Shown piece after piece: positions 28,101-39,900 of a stretch of DNA of 64,000 nt. The position numbers and the translations under genes are program-made. This DNA comes from Balanoglossus misakiensis (lineage: Eukaryota > Animalia > Hemichordata): assembly GCA_040954595.2 (NCBI GenBank), contig CM082583.2:13421864-13485863 (forward strand). The letters run 5' to 3'. The stretch's first letter is position 1. Each line of letters opens with the position of its first letter. Under the pieces are notes generated by a model. That model was not told where the DNA came from. It searched no databases and was given only the letters and a program-made list of their open reading frames with translations.

Positions 28101-30727
28101 TTCTCCCAAAATCCCGGTACTACATGTACAATAACATGTACTTTCTTTTCTGAAGACAGAAAATTGAGTGTCAGTTTTATCAGACTGCTGTCCATCTTGA
28201 GGGATTTGGAGTCGCATTCATTCTTCATTTTGCTCTTATCAGCGGTCAGTGACTACAGTACGCCAGATATTTTACTGTCGCATGTGCCATGTGTCATTGC
28301 ATTTTTTACTCCATAATTTCATCACAATCTCTCCATGGTAACTTGTACCATTGGCAGACTGTTAGCAGCTTAAAGTATAGGCTCTCTAAATCGCTCATTC
28401 ACACACAAAAATAACACATGTACATTGAATTACGCTGGAGCCTGGTCAAACACATGACTTGCACTGTCAGCCATCAATCTGTCATTTACACATTACTTTT
28501 TGTCATGGTGAACTACACACTGAGAATACACAAATTTGGGCACCATGAAGGGAAAAAACCAGATTTGAAAAGATGAACTTATGACTTGCATTGCTGGCAG
28601 AACATTCATGAAACCAAAAAGTGAGAACAAAACTGGAGTGCCGAGGAAAAGAACACTTGGTAAGAATCTCCGAAAGAAAGTGAAAAGACTTACATTAAAT
28701 GATGGCGTAGTGTAGGGACCTTGATAAACACTGGTTGGGTACATGGCATTACAGTACTTGGTCCACTTGGAAGATAGTGAAAAAAAGAAAGACCAGCTAT
28801 CTTCAACTGTGTATCAATGGCACCAGTGGAGGCTTGTGGTGGCAGAACAGCAGTGACAACAGAGGGATAGATGAGTGACAGCAGGAAAAAAATAATAGGA
28901 GTCTGGAAAATTCCAGGACTCTGAAGCACTGGTGACTATGGTAGGCCGCTGTGTCTGAGTGAGTTCCGACACGATACGCTAAGCTATGCTGTTCTTAAGA
29001 CTGAGTGATCCTGTGACACTAAGCACGAATCTGCTCACTGATTGGCAAGGCAGTGTAGTAATTGTCATGCAGTGTGCAGACACACATTTATGGTTCACAC
29101 AGTTTAATGGTATATACAGGATTGGCTGTGATTAATAAATATGCCTGGGGCTAACAGTCATATGGATGTGACACAGTACATATCAACAGTCTGGATTCCT
29201 CTGTGTCATTTGGTAGTATGCCTGTGACTTGAAACCCCAGTAATATCTACTTGGGATATCTAATTCACAAATGGATTTATAGCCTCCAGGCCTGTCACAA
29301 GGACTCTCGCACTGTCTGGCAACAAAAATATTGCTATGCGACTAAAAGACCCAATACGTGCCTGGTGGCTAATGAAAAGTGTGGGAATCATCAGTGTTGA
29401 TAAAATCCACTAGCAAAGCCATGTGTGACCATTAAAACTCCCAGTTCTGAAGCAGCTTTTATTTTCTTAAAATGAAACCCAACTGTAGGTTGTCAGGAGA
29501 CAGCTCAAGTCCCCAATTCCCCAAACAACTCACAAATTTAGTCTAAGTGTCTGATTAGAGTCTCACATGAATGCATACATATAGAAATTCGATCAGCACC
29601 AAGGGGGCTTAGAGTCCATTAGTGGATATAATGAGTTGTGTGCGTACATGTGGCGGTAGCCTTTTATCTACGTCAATATAGAAGCGACATGTGTGTATGA
29701 CATGCGCCAGATGCATTCAAAATGTCACGCCAAGTCCCAATAGGCAGCAAAAGCTCCAATCCTGGCCACTTTCCCTATTCAAGATCAAGCCCAGAGTAAC
29801 TACAAAGAGAACCGAGCTCCGGAACTTCCTCTAGGACGCGCTCGGGTGCAGTGATTTTCCAGCCAGATACCCCAAGTTGTTGATTTCACAATGACATCAT
29901 GAAAAGTGACATTTGTCCTTGTGTCCATTTCACCAAATACCGCTAGCCTCATTCACTCTTGGAAAGCATAAACACTCGCGATCAAAGACTCTCATGTATG
30001 ATTTAAATATGCCACGCTAATTTTCCTCACACTGCACATTTTGCACTAAAACAAACCAAGCGTAATTTTCAGAAAGATATATGACGCGGGCTGGTTCTGG
30101 TAGCTGGTAAGCAGGGTCGCCTTGCAAGTAAATAATCGTGAACACACCTCTGCGTTGTTAAGTCTATGATACGTTCCAGCCTAGCACTTCACTAAATCAT
30201 CGTATTTTCCATAGTATCCTTTCTACACCGTAAAACTCGTAACCTGTCCTAAACCTCGTGCAATTACTACAGCGATCACCAGAGACATCGCCCATATTTT
30301 CAGCTGTTACACAGCAAGAAAAACGCACCCACACGTGAAATTGGCGACGTAGTGCGGGCAGTGATTTCTCTGATCGCCGACAAGACAGAACCGGCCGCAA
30401 AAACCATGCGATCGGCGTTACGACCAACGCGAATGAAGCCCCTGAGCTGTGGGCGTACAGACTAAGTACGTGCACACATCACAGGATACAGATACGTGCT
30501 TTTTAAGTTTAGCGTGCCTGCCAACGCGTACGCGTCGCCATGTAAACAAACACCTAAAACGAGAGTACACACGAAATCCTTGGACTACATCGATGGGATT
30601 CGGTGCACATATCTTTAAGACCATGTTGGATTAGTTAATCGTCTCAAACAACGAATAACCCGATGCGATTTCTCATAATGAATGACGCTGGCGGGAAATA
30701 AGTAAATGACCCACTTACCGCCGCCAT
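7190..30727 (-). CDS. BNC2: Basonuclin (BNC2-like/disco-family) C2H2 zinc-finger gene, join(30727..30719, 21154..21052, 13290..13055, 10156..7190), ~1104 aa
   Basis: Four GT-AG exons join in frame (phases 0,1,0). The protein has the basonuclin N-terminal motifs ([27 protein letters not shown]; [25 protein letters not shown]; [13 protein letters not shown]) and three paired C2H2 fingers. BNC1 vs BNC2 cannot be distinguished in an invertebrate; the BNC2 label follows synteny with CNTLN. Confidence 0.93.
7553..7582 (-). repeat. Coding (GAT/GAC)n repeat encoding poly-Asp in BNC
   Basis: TCATCATCGTCATCA... on the + strand; the ORF reads [10 protein letters not shown]. Confidence 0.9.
13055..13290 (-). 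CDS. BNC2: BNC coding exon 3
   Basis: ccctacag|CC TTG GAC ... TTA CAG|gtaagt; encodes ALDKLSTRH...YARGYVLQ. Confidence 0.94.
17170..17195. repeat. Interrupted (TG)n microsatellite
   Basis: tgtgtgtgtgtgtatgtgtgtgtgtg in BNC intron 2. Confidence 0.85.
21052..21154 (-). CDS. BNC2: BNC coding exon 2 (Cys-rich N-terminal domain)
   Basis: ttgcag|GCG ATC ... CAT G|gtag; encodes [34 protein letters not shown]. Confidence 0.93.
22470..22554. repeat. Purine-rich (GA/GGGA) low-complexity tract
   Basis: An almost pyrimidine-free run including a G9 tract, in BNC intron 1. Confidence 0.8.
30719..30727 (-). CDS. BNC2: BNC coding exon 1 (MAA)
   Basis: Minus strand reads aac ATG GCG GCG|gtaagtgg: good Kozak context, consensus donor, phase 0 matching exon 2, inside the CpG-rich region. 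Confidence 0.8.
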
Positions 30728-31316
30728 GTTTGAATTGCAACCGTAAAGTGGGGAGATATTTTGCGACTTCAATTACTATCATTCGTCCTTGTGAACTTCT
30801 TGGCGTTTGCTGACGTCTATAGATAGACTTGAAGTCGATCTCAATACTTAAAAAAATATTTTACCAAACGTTCACCCCTTTAAACAATCACAATATAGCA
30901 AACTGTACTTTTTAATAATTACGACTTTACCCTGGCGTATGCTAGGATTCCTGTTTTACGATATTGCGCGAGTTTTCAAAATAGCAACGACTGTAAACAA
31001 ATCTAGGGCAACGCACAATATCAGTATTTATTCAGCCGATTTCGATTTCTGGAGCGATCGGAGGGCAGTTTAACCATACCATGATAATACCAAGCAATTT
31101 CTGAGAAATCGGACCGAAACTTTTGTTGAAAACGCGTGTTTTACACCGCGTGAAGTTGACGAAGCTGGCAACCCTCATAGTGGACCATTGAAACGTTAAG
31201 TTGATCAAGTTCCAACTTGCTTCAGATGCTCAGTTAAAAGCGTCTGCACAATTTAAGAAGTTGACGTTGATATACCATCATTAGCCTTGCGTGTGTTTTG
31301 AAAATATCCATTGAAG
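30728..31316. promoter_or_regulatory. Probable bidirectional promoter plus 5' UTRs of BNC and CNTLN
   Basis: Lies between two divergent ATG-bearing first exons. CpG dinucleotides are conspicuously frequent from ~29800 to ~31620 compared with CpG-poor flanks (judged by eye). Confidence 0.75.
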
Positions 31317-31341
31317 ATGGCATCGACAGAACGATCTAAAG
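31317..31341 (+). CDS. CNTLN: CNTLN exon 1
   Basis: aagATGG ... MASTERSK G|gtaagt; phase 1 fits exon 2. Confidence 0.8.
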
Positions 31342-34300
31342 GTAAGTTACTACGTGTGGCACACGCTGATCTTTCTCATCAAGCGAACTCCAGGACGTTT
31401 ACAGGTGATGTAACCCATGACCTCAAACACCAGGGTGGCTACCATTTTCGCAGCCAGTCATGTAGTCCGCTGTCACAGAATGGTACGTTTATCACGAGTG
31501 TTGTAGACACTAGAGCTGTAATGACGCTATTAATTTTTCAACCGACAGTGCTGTTTGTCATTACAGCGACTAGAGCGAGCGATTTATCGTGATCCTGTGT
31601 CCTGCGACTCAATTTGTCATAGCCACCTGGCAGCAGTTGACTCCATTTTACTGCTTTACACTGCACTCTATCCAATAACACTAAATGAACCATTAGGTCA
31701 AAGATCCCAGAAATAAAGGGGATGTTAAAAATACTGTGAAACGAAATGATTTAAGTATATGTCATTGTTCAGAAATATATTTTCCTTTCAAGATTTTCAT
31801 TATGTGCCAGAGATGCAATAATATTGTCTGATTGTAAAGGGTGCAACAGTATAGCAGAAAGGGCCAAGGTTTAATCATAAACAAAAAAAGCTGACACAGT
31901 CTTCTAACTTACACATTTATTTCTTCATTCATTGTGATTTATATCACACTGAGTTTCACCCGGAAAACATGAGTCATTGCTGGGCAACATGAGATATTTA
32001 TGTCTGAATATTCATAGAGAAAAGCAAAAGAATTTATGTAATAAATATCAGTTTATACATTTTTGTTATAATTACAAGTAGTAAGTGAGCAAATTTACAT
32101 TTGTGCAAATGAGGTTTCTGACTTTTCACTGAACTTATAATTTGACAGTTGGCTATTTTCTACATCCGTGCATCCTTGTTGCATTTTTGTTACTGGATTA
32201 GTGGATAATAAAATAATGATAAAAAACTAGACTACTTGTCTTGTTTGTGTTGTACTGTCATTGCTTGCCTGGCTATCATGCCAGCATTCACTACTAGCCA
32301 CAGTTGCAAGGATATGGTGATAACTGATATCCAATTATCTAAAAAGTTATGGGATTGTTAATGTACTATTCTATATCAGAATGCGTAAATTTATAAGGGA
32401 GGACGTGTGATCAAACAAAAGGATGTTTTAAAAGATTTTTCCAAAAAAATATATATATTTTTTCACATTCAACAAAGCTTTACAAAAATGCCATTTTTTC
32501 ACTGACTTTCACGTAATGGTGTCACTGTGTGTATGAGACTACTTGAAACAGATGACACCCCTGTAGCAATATCATTTACAAACAGTCCCAATTGTAGAAT
32601 TTTCATCATAGCCATGGCTAACCTACAGCTGTACATTCATAAGCTGCAGGTCAGTGAAAGTGCAGCACATTAGCAGAGTGACTTGTGATTTGTTGAACTG
32701 TGGGTTGGCAATGTAACAGATGATAATGTCAAGCCAGCCCATGTGCCTTGATTGGTTGGTTGAAAATCAGTCATCTGACAATTTGCATAATGCTGACAAA
32801 ACAGTCTGTCTCGGTGTTGAATCAGTAGCATTTAGATAGAAACCTTTGCCAGCCATTTCTCACAAACTTTGGACCAGTCAAAGTGTAACCTACATTGTAC
32901 ATGTACAGTCACTCATCCCCGTTGTAACTTTCAGCTATTTCTTCAGTATTTGTCTCCCTAGTGTATCAACTCTGTTTTCTTGTTCTTACTCTGAATAGCT
33001 TTATGAAATGTTCAGTTCTCAACAAAGCTTGTATATGAGTAACATCCATTGTTATTATTGACAAATGAATTCAAGTCAGGACTTAAATTCAATTTTCAAC
33101 AATAACAATGCTGGTTAATAGAAAAGGGTTGTGTTTAAAAATCAAATACTTTGCAATTTTTTATGTTTTCCAGAGTAGAATAAGAAATCACATTGTACTT
33201 AAAATTAAGTTTTCAAGCTCACCTTCCTGTATCCAAACATCTGAAAATCATGAGTCGAGTTTCCATTTGCGAGAAAATCTAGCCAGCTAAGAAAAAACTC
33301 CAATGAAGCATTTCAGAATTTTCTGTAGTTTTATGAAAGCTTCAAAAAGTCTTTCTTTGTAAGATGAATGAACTAAAACTGGCTAAGATCAGCATGGATG
33401 TCACAGTACACATCTGCATGTACCTGGGTGTTGGCTGAAGTAGATGTATAGAGTGACCTTCCACTGCTTATGACAGTTTTGTCTATTTGTCAGCTGACTT
33501 TTAACGACAATCATAAGATAACCACTGCAGATATTTGTTTGTAACTTGCTGTGACACTGTGCATGTCAGGTTATCAGATGTTTCGATAGCTCATGTCCTG
33601 ATAAAGAGGTCTGTTGATTTTGTAGCTGTTACTCTAGAGTTCAATTGGTTTTATGCTTGTTCATTTTTTGACTTTGTGCCAGTCACTACATGTATCTGAA
33701 GTAGACAAGCAGAACATTTAATTTCCAAACAGAATGTTGCTAGTGCATAGATACTGACATTGTGGAGCATCTTAGTCATGAAAGTTGTCAAAAGTTTATG
33801 TAGAAATATGGAAGCCTTGTCTTTTAATAGATTTCTTTTGTTTTTCATTTATTAATCCTTCCAGGATAAGTCCAGAATGGTTCAATAGGTTTGGTTTGTG
33901 CATCTCTAGTCATCACCATGACTATTTGCCTAGTACCTAGCCGTATTTTGTCCGCTGTTTTGGAAGCAAAGCGGACAAAATATGGCTAGGTACTTAGGCT
34001 ACATGACTATTGACATGTCTGAACCTTGTCAGTATTGGCTGCTAGGTCACTTGTCAAAAAAAGTTACCAAAAAAGTCATGAAAGGAGACAGATGACATTT
34101 TTTATTTAACTTTTAATACACAGAGGAGCCAGGAGCGCAGCAGTGGTCATGTATAAACAAATGACAGCTTCTATGTATGTATATAAAATGGCAAGTATTA
34201 TAGGCAAATGGGATTTGTTTGTTGTTTTATTGCTATGTTCATAACCAAACAATGTCTGCTTCCAGTCAAAATGTGCAATGAAGTAGAAATGAAATGTGAT

Positions 34301-36962
34301 GAAATTTCATTGCATGTGGAAAAGTTCTGAAAGAGATAGTGTCTAGGAAGCTGTATGTCCAAATTTGACCATGTTGACAGATGTATGCTTTTTTTGTTTA
34401 TGTTAGGTGCTATGCAGGTTATCAGTGTCTGTCATTCTTTCATTAAAGATACACTGTGGTGGTTTGAAACTGATCAGATTTGTAAAACCAGGAAGATTAA
34501 TTCCATCCAGGGTGGCATGAGTTATTGCTTCTGACATGATGGACCTTATGCATGAGCACAGCAAGGATTGTTCCAGGGGCACTGCTCTCGTGGCACTGTG
34601 CATCTAGGGTACATCATGTACATCATGGAGGATAACGTGTCTTTCAGAAATGTCTGACAGATTTATTCCTTTAATTGTTGGCTGAGTTTTGATACCTTGG
34701 AAACGGGAAACTTCTGTTTAATATTCAATTGGACTGACTTAGTGGAAAGGACTCCCAAATTCCAAATTAGGAATTTGATATCTATGGCATACAGATTCAG
34801 TATATCTGTGTATGTATTCTGAAAAGCTTTGCTATATACACCAATCATACCCGGTACATACAATGAATGCATGCATTTACATGTAAGTACACAGACATAC
34901 AGACAGACACTGACAAACAGATACACCTACCCTAGCCAGACAGCACCCACACCCTGGCTAGTCTACACACACACAGAGGATTGGCTGATAGTGTCGATGA
35001 CAGATAAAGTGTGAAACCTTGCATTCAGAAATAAGATCAGTTCTGCTTGAAAGTAGTGTATGAAAGCTAGCGGAGACTGATTGCTCCCCAGATAGTTGTA
35101 CTGGCTGATCCGAGGGTCTGTTGGGAGACATTTCCAAACAGCAGTGTGTACATAAGATGTGTAAATTTCATACATGTGTTGATACTATGATTAACCCGAC
35201 ATCACCTCTATTTTGTAAATGTTGGCAGCATTTGGCGGCAGTATGAATCAAGATCTGGGAGACAGCCCAGCTACAGTTCACTAGCAAATGACCTAACATG
35301 TGCATGCTAAGCACCTCTTCCTGGCTCAGTTTTTTCTAGCTAAAGCTCCAAAGCCAAAGTTTAAACACTACAGGTAATTGGACATGCTCTCCACTTGGGG
35401 ACAAGCCCCAGTTGAAGGTGCTGGGTCACTGCCTGTTATTTTATTCTCAATTTTAAAAATTTATGAGGGTATTGAACACCAATCAGAATCCAAGGTCTTT
35501 GCTGGTATTCATAAAAATAACCTTGCTTGTACATTGTAGAAATAAAATTTCTGAAGACATTCTGTTGGATACAAAAAGGCAAATTTCTGATAGGTAGTAC
35601 CAGTAGTTACTAAGTATTGGTAAACATTTAATGAAGAAAAAAGGCTTTTGGTGTTGTGGCAACCATCTGTGTCAAACGCCCTAAATGAATCATGCTCACA
35701 AATTCATCACAAATAACCCATATAATTGCTTTGTTCATTTAACCATTAGGGCCCAATTATAAACAATCAATAAATAAAATCATACATCAGTCTCGCCCCC
35801 CCCCCCCCCAATGTGGACAGGTGTGCACTTCACAGACTTTAATTCTCTCAGAAAATTACTTGTCAATTTAGACGTTTATTAAGATACATCATCTGCATGT
35901 AAGGTGTTGAATTTGTATGATGCCAGTTTATTGGTATTTTGATTTTGATTAACCGAACATGTCTCATTATTATTTTTATTTGTCTATCATCAGTTAACTT
36001 TGACGTTTATTACAAAGCTGTTTCACACGTTTCTTTATAAACTCCAACAATAAGAAATGCAAACAAAGACAAGCACAAACTTCAAAAATTAAAAATGATA
36101 TACTACTGAATATGAATAAGTGGAGACTTCATCATTGTAACTGTGCAGATGGAAAATGGTGCAAAGATCTAAAAAGATTTAAAGCAGTAAAGATTTTCAT
36201 CTTAAGAAGAAAAGAAGCCTGATTCATCAATTTCATAATACAGGGTAAAGGTCAAACACCATGTATTAAATTGATTACATAGACCTAGAAGTACTTTGTC
36301 AGTTCGTAATGAAAAATATGACATCATCATATCTTTAATTTGTGGGAAGATTTATAATGAAAAGATCATGCTGCATTTTTCACGTAGTGAGTCTTACCAC
36401 ATTGAGTATGAAGACTTTGAAACAGTTCAATTGAAACCATGACTGCTAAAATAAAAATATCATTCTGCAGTTTCCCTGTTGAGGATTTCCCAGAAACATA
36501 ATAAATCATGAAATAATTTTGAAAAAAAACCAATGATTCATGTGATAAGTTGACTTTGGTGTCACAGCAAGATGACAAATAAGATGACAAATTAACTTCT
36601 TATGGATATAGGTTCAATCAATTTTCATACACCCAAAGATGATCCAACAAAACACAGGCACCACATAATATTAAAGTCTGACAGCTCGTGCTTTCTTAGG
36701 CAAGTATTTTCCCAAATGTGTGTTGTATTCAAAAGTATTACCCCCAGCATTATTCAGGAACAACTGTTTCAATAAAATTCAAATACATGTATGTATAATT
36801 ATTATAGCTATCATTACAAGCACTGGGAGAATAGATTTGTGAAGACAGCCAATTCAACATGTTTCAGTAATCATAACAACATACAGTAGTCAGTGTTCCA
36901 CAAGAAAGCAAACAACAGGCAGGGACTGCTTAATCCCATGTTTATGATTATTACTTTTATCA

Positions 36963-36998
<36 letters not shown>

Positions 36999-39900
36999 CA
37001 TGTAGCTCTAGTGAAAAGAATAAACTACAAAACAAACTGGAGCAAGCAATGAATATTCCTGACCCAACCCTCTGATACCACATATTGTCACATATCAATT
37101 TTGTTCAGAGTCTGGGACAGTGTTAAGGTCACCCTGCTCATTGATTGGCCATAGCAGATGAAGATATATTAATTTCACCCAGTTTTGAATTATTACATTA
37201 ATGTAATTACCAAGTTTGAAAAGATCGTGTATCCCCTGACCACATCATGCAGGCAAAATCTCCAGAAACAGACGAACATAGCCTTTGCCACCGGTGTAAA
37301 TAATTTTGAAAAGTTTACCGAGAATTAAGAAACAGCCAGGGCAACCTGTATGTGTGAGGTGACTAAGTTCATGATAATGATATATATGATAAAGGACTAG
37401 ATGCGCATTACTTTAATTACTACATGCAATAAACGTAATTAAATTCAAAGCAATTATCCAGCGATGCTCACCAGAAATGTTGTTGGATTGACCTGTTATA
37501 CATGAGCACTTCATTTTCCTGTTGCAATGTTCTCAAAACACTATGACAAATACTCACATTTTGTGGGCAAGTTTACCGCCTGAATTTTGTATAAAGGCAG
37601 CACTCACTGGACTGATCGGAGAACCAAGGGAATAAAAATAAAATAAAAATGTATATCTTGTGCTGGAATGGTAGGTGTATTCATCTCACGTTGACTGTGA
37701 GTCGTTGGAAGTTACCTCCTCAGGGCATGAAAGGGACAACAGAGAAAAGCTTTTAAACCAGCCCTGTGACTAAAATACTAGCTGAGTTCTGATAAGACTG
37801 TTGCCATGGTAACTGACCCAGCACAGTGAGAGGGTTCAGTATGACTGGGAGATGATGAATGTTATCTGGGTTTCACGTATTAAGGAACGCCAATGATGAA
37901 ATATATGAATTTGATACTAGGATCGTGAACTGAAAGTCATTTAGAAAAGAAAGATGAAGTCATGAGATTTCATTTAGAAGCCATTCCCATGGGACGACAT
38001 CATTAGAATGAAATATGAAATCAGACAGGCTTGGCCTCAGCACTGATTCATGAAAACGATGGAGTGACACTACTACTTTATCATCAAACTATCTTAGAAT
38101 TCTATCCTGAAACTTGCAATCCCACAAAAAGGAGGGATATAGAAAACTAACTCTTTCTTATTACTGATGGTTTATTTAAAGCAGGGGAGATTTTATTCCC
38201 TGTGAATCGGACAGTGTTTCAAAATTCTGCATGCCACAGTGTTGTTTTGACAGTAGTGGCTATTTATGTGATCTATAAGCCACCAGTGTTTCCAATCAGG
38301 CTATTGCCACAGGACACTGTGTAGATTCAAATTGCCTTAATACGATAATATTTCCCAACAGAATTCAGGCTCTCTTTAGGAATTCCCCAGACACTGCAAT
38401 ATTTGGACACTTATTCAGACGGCATTTATGTGCAATGAAATCTGAAAAATTGCAGTGAAATGGTTGATTATAGCACATGGTATCCCTGTCAATGTTGAGA
38501 TTACTACTCTTATAGTGTTTTATAATTCCTTCATTGCCAACTTGCAGTGAGGTTCATTTCATCTCCTTTACACTCACATTTCTCTCTCTCTCTTTTTTTT
38601 TGTCACTTTCAGATGCAGAAATCTCACGATTGAGAGCCGAAAATCATGCACTAGCAGATGAGTTAGCCCAGTGTCAGGTATCAAAATTAATCTGCTTAAG
38701 GGTGAAATCAGAGACATAAAAAATAATGACAGTACTTGGACAGTCTAATCATTCAGACATTCTCCTGGGATACAAACTTCCCATCATGCATTGTAATCAT
38801 GTGTCTTGCATACCTTTTTGGCGCTCAAAAACCAAACTTTCTCCCAAAACAAAACCTTGCAAGCTGCAGAATGAAACATCATTGTTTGCAAGTTTTGAAA
38901 TTCTTAGGGTTCTATAATGTTTTCTCTTTTCTTTTTATTATTTTTACTAATTGTTTGTGATCTTTTGTATTGTACAGTGTGTATATCATCTATTTTCAGG
39001 TTTATATTAACACCATTGTCATTTTGACAAAATGTATATTTGATTTCATTTCAAGTCCTGTGTCCTGTGCAGCACATAGACAGTGCTTTAAACCTTTGAA
39101 CTTTTTAACGGAATTGATCACACCAATATCAACAGATAACTATAAGGACAGTTCGAGTTTCTATGCTTCCATATACACCAGGTTTTATTTAGATCAAAAC
39201 AGGGACTGTGTCATCGACAATGACTTGTTCACAGTACATTTGTTGTATTGACACATAGTGTCATTTGTAAGTCATTACTCAGAGAGTGACACTTCATCCA
39301 ACTTCTTCTAAAATGCATTTAAGCTTATGTAGAATGCTGTGTCTGCCAAACACCAAACTCCAAGAGATTTATACTTTATTTTAGCGTTCATTATTCGCAA
39401 AGATTTTTTTTCCATCTGTGTTTATGCCCCAGGCTGATAAAGAGTTTGTTTGGTCACTATGGAAACGACTACAGGTGGCATCTCCAGACATGACACAGGC
39501 TATCAGTCTGGTTGTACAAAGGTAGGTGTGCTATGGTTCCTCTTCGCAGTCACATTGAAATAAGTCGATATCTTAAGTTGAAATGACAGTGTATGGGGTT
39601 TGCAAGACACAGCTGCATCACTGGGATATCCTTTCACCGTTTCCCCCTGTGAGATGACTTGTGTGTAGAGCCCCCTCCGGCAGTAGAACTTGTGTACAGA
39701 GCAGCCGACAGATTATAACTGACAATGCAAACCCAAATCAATGCCCTTTGACCTTGCATTGAAAGCGTATCAGTCCCAAAGTGGGGAAATGGACAAAGAC
39801 AAGGAATATGACTGCAGGCATATACTTAGATCAGCTAGCACAAGACTTTCGCAGGACATCACCTGGGACATCTGTGCTGTGAATCCTTTCTGAATAACTT

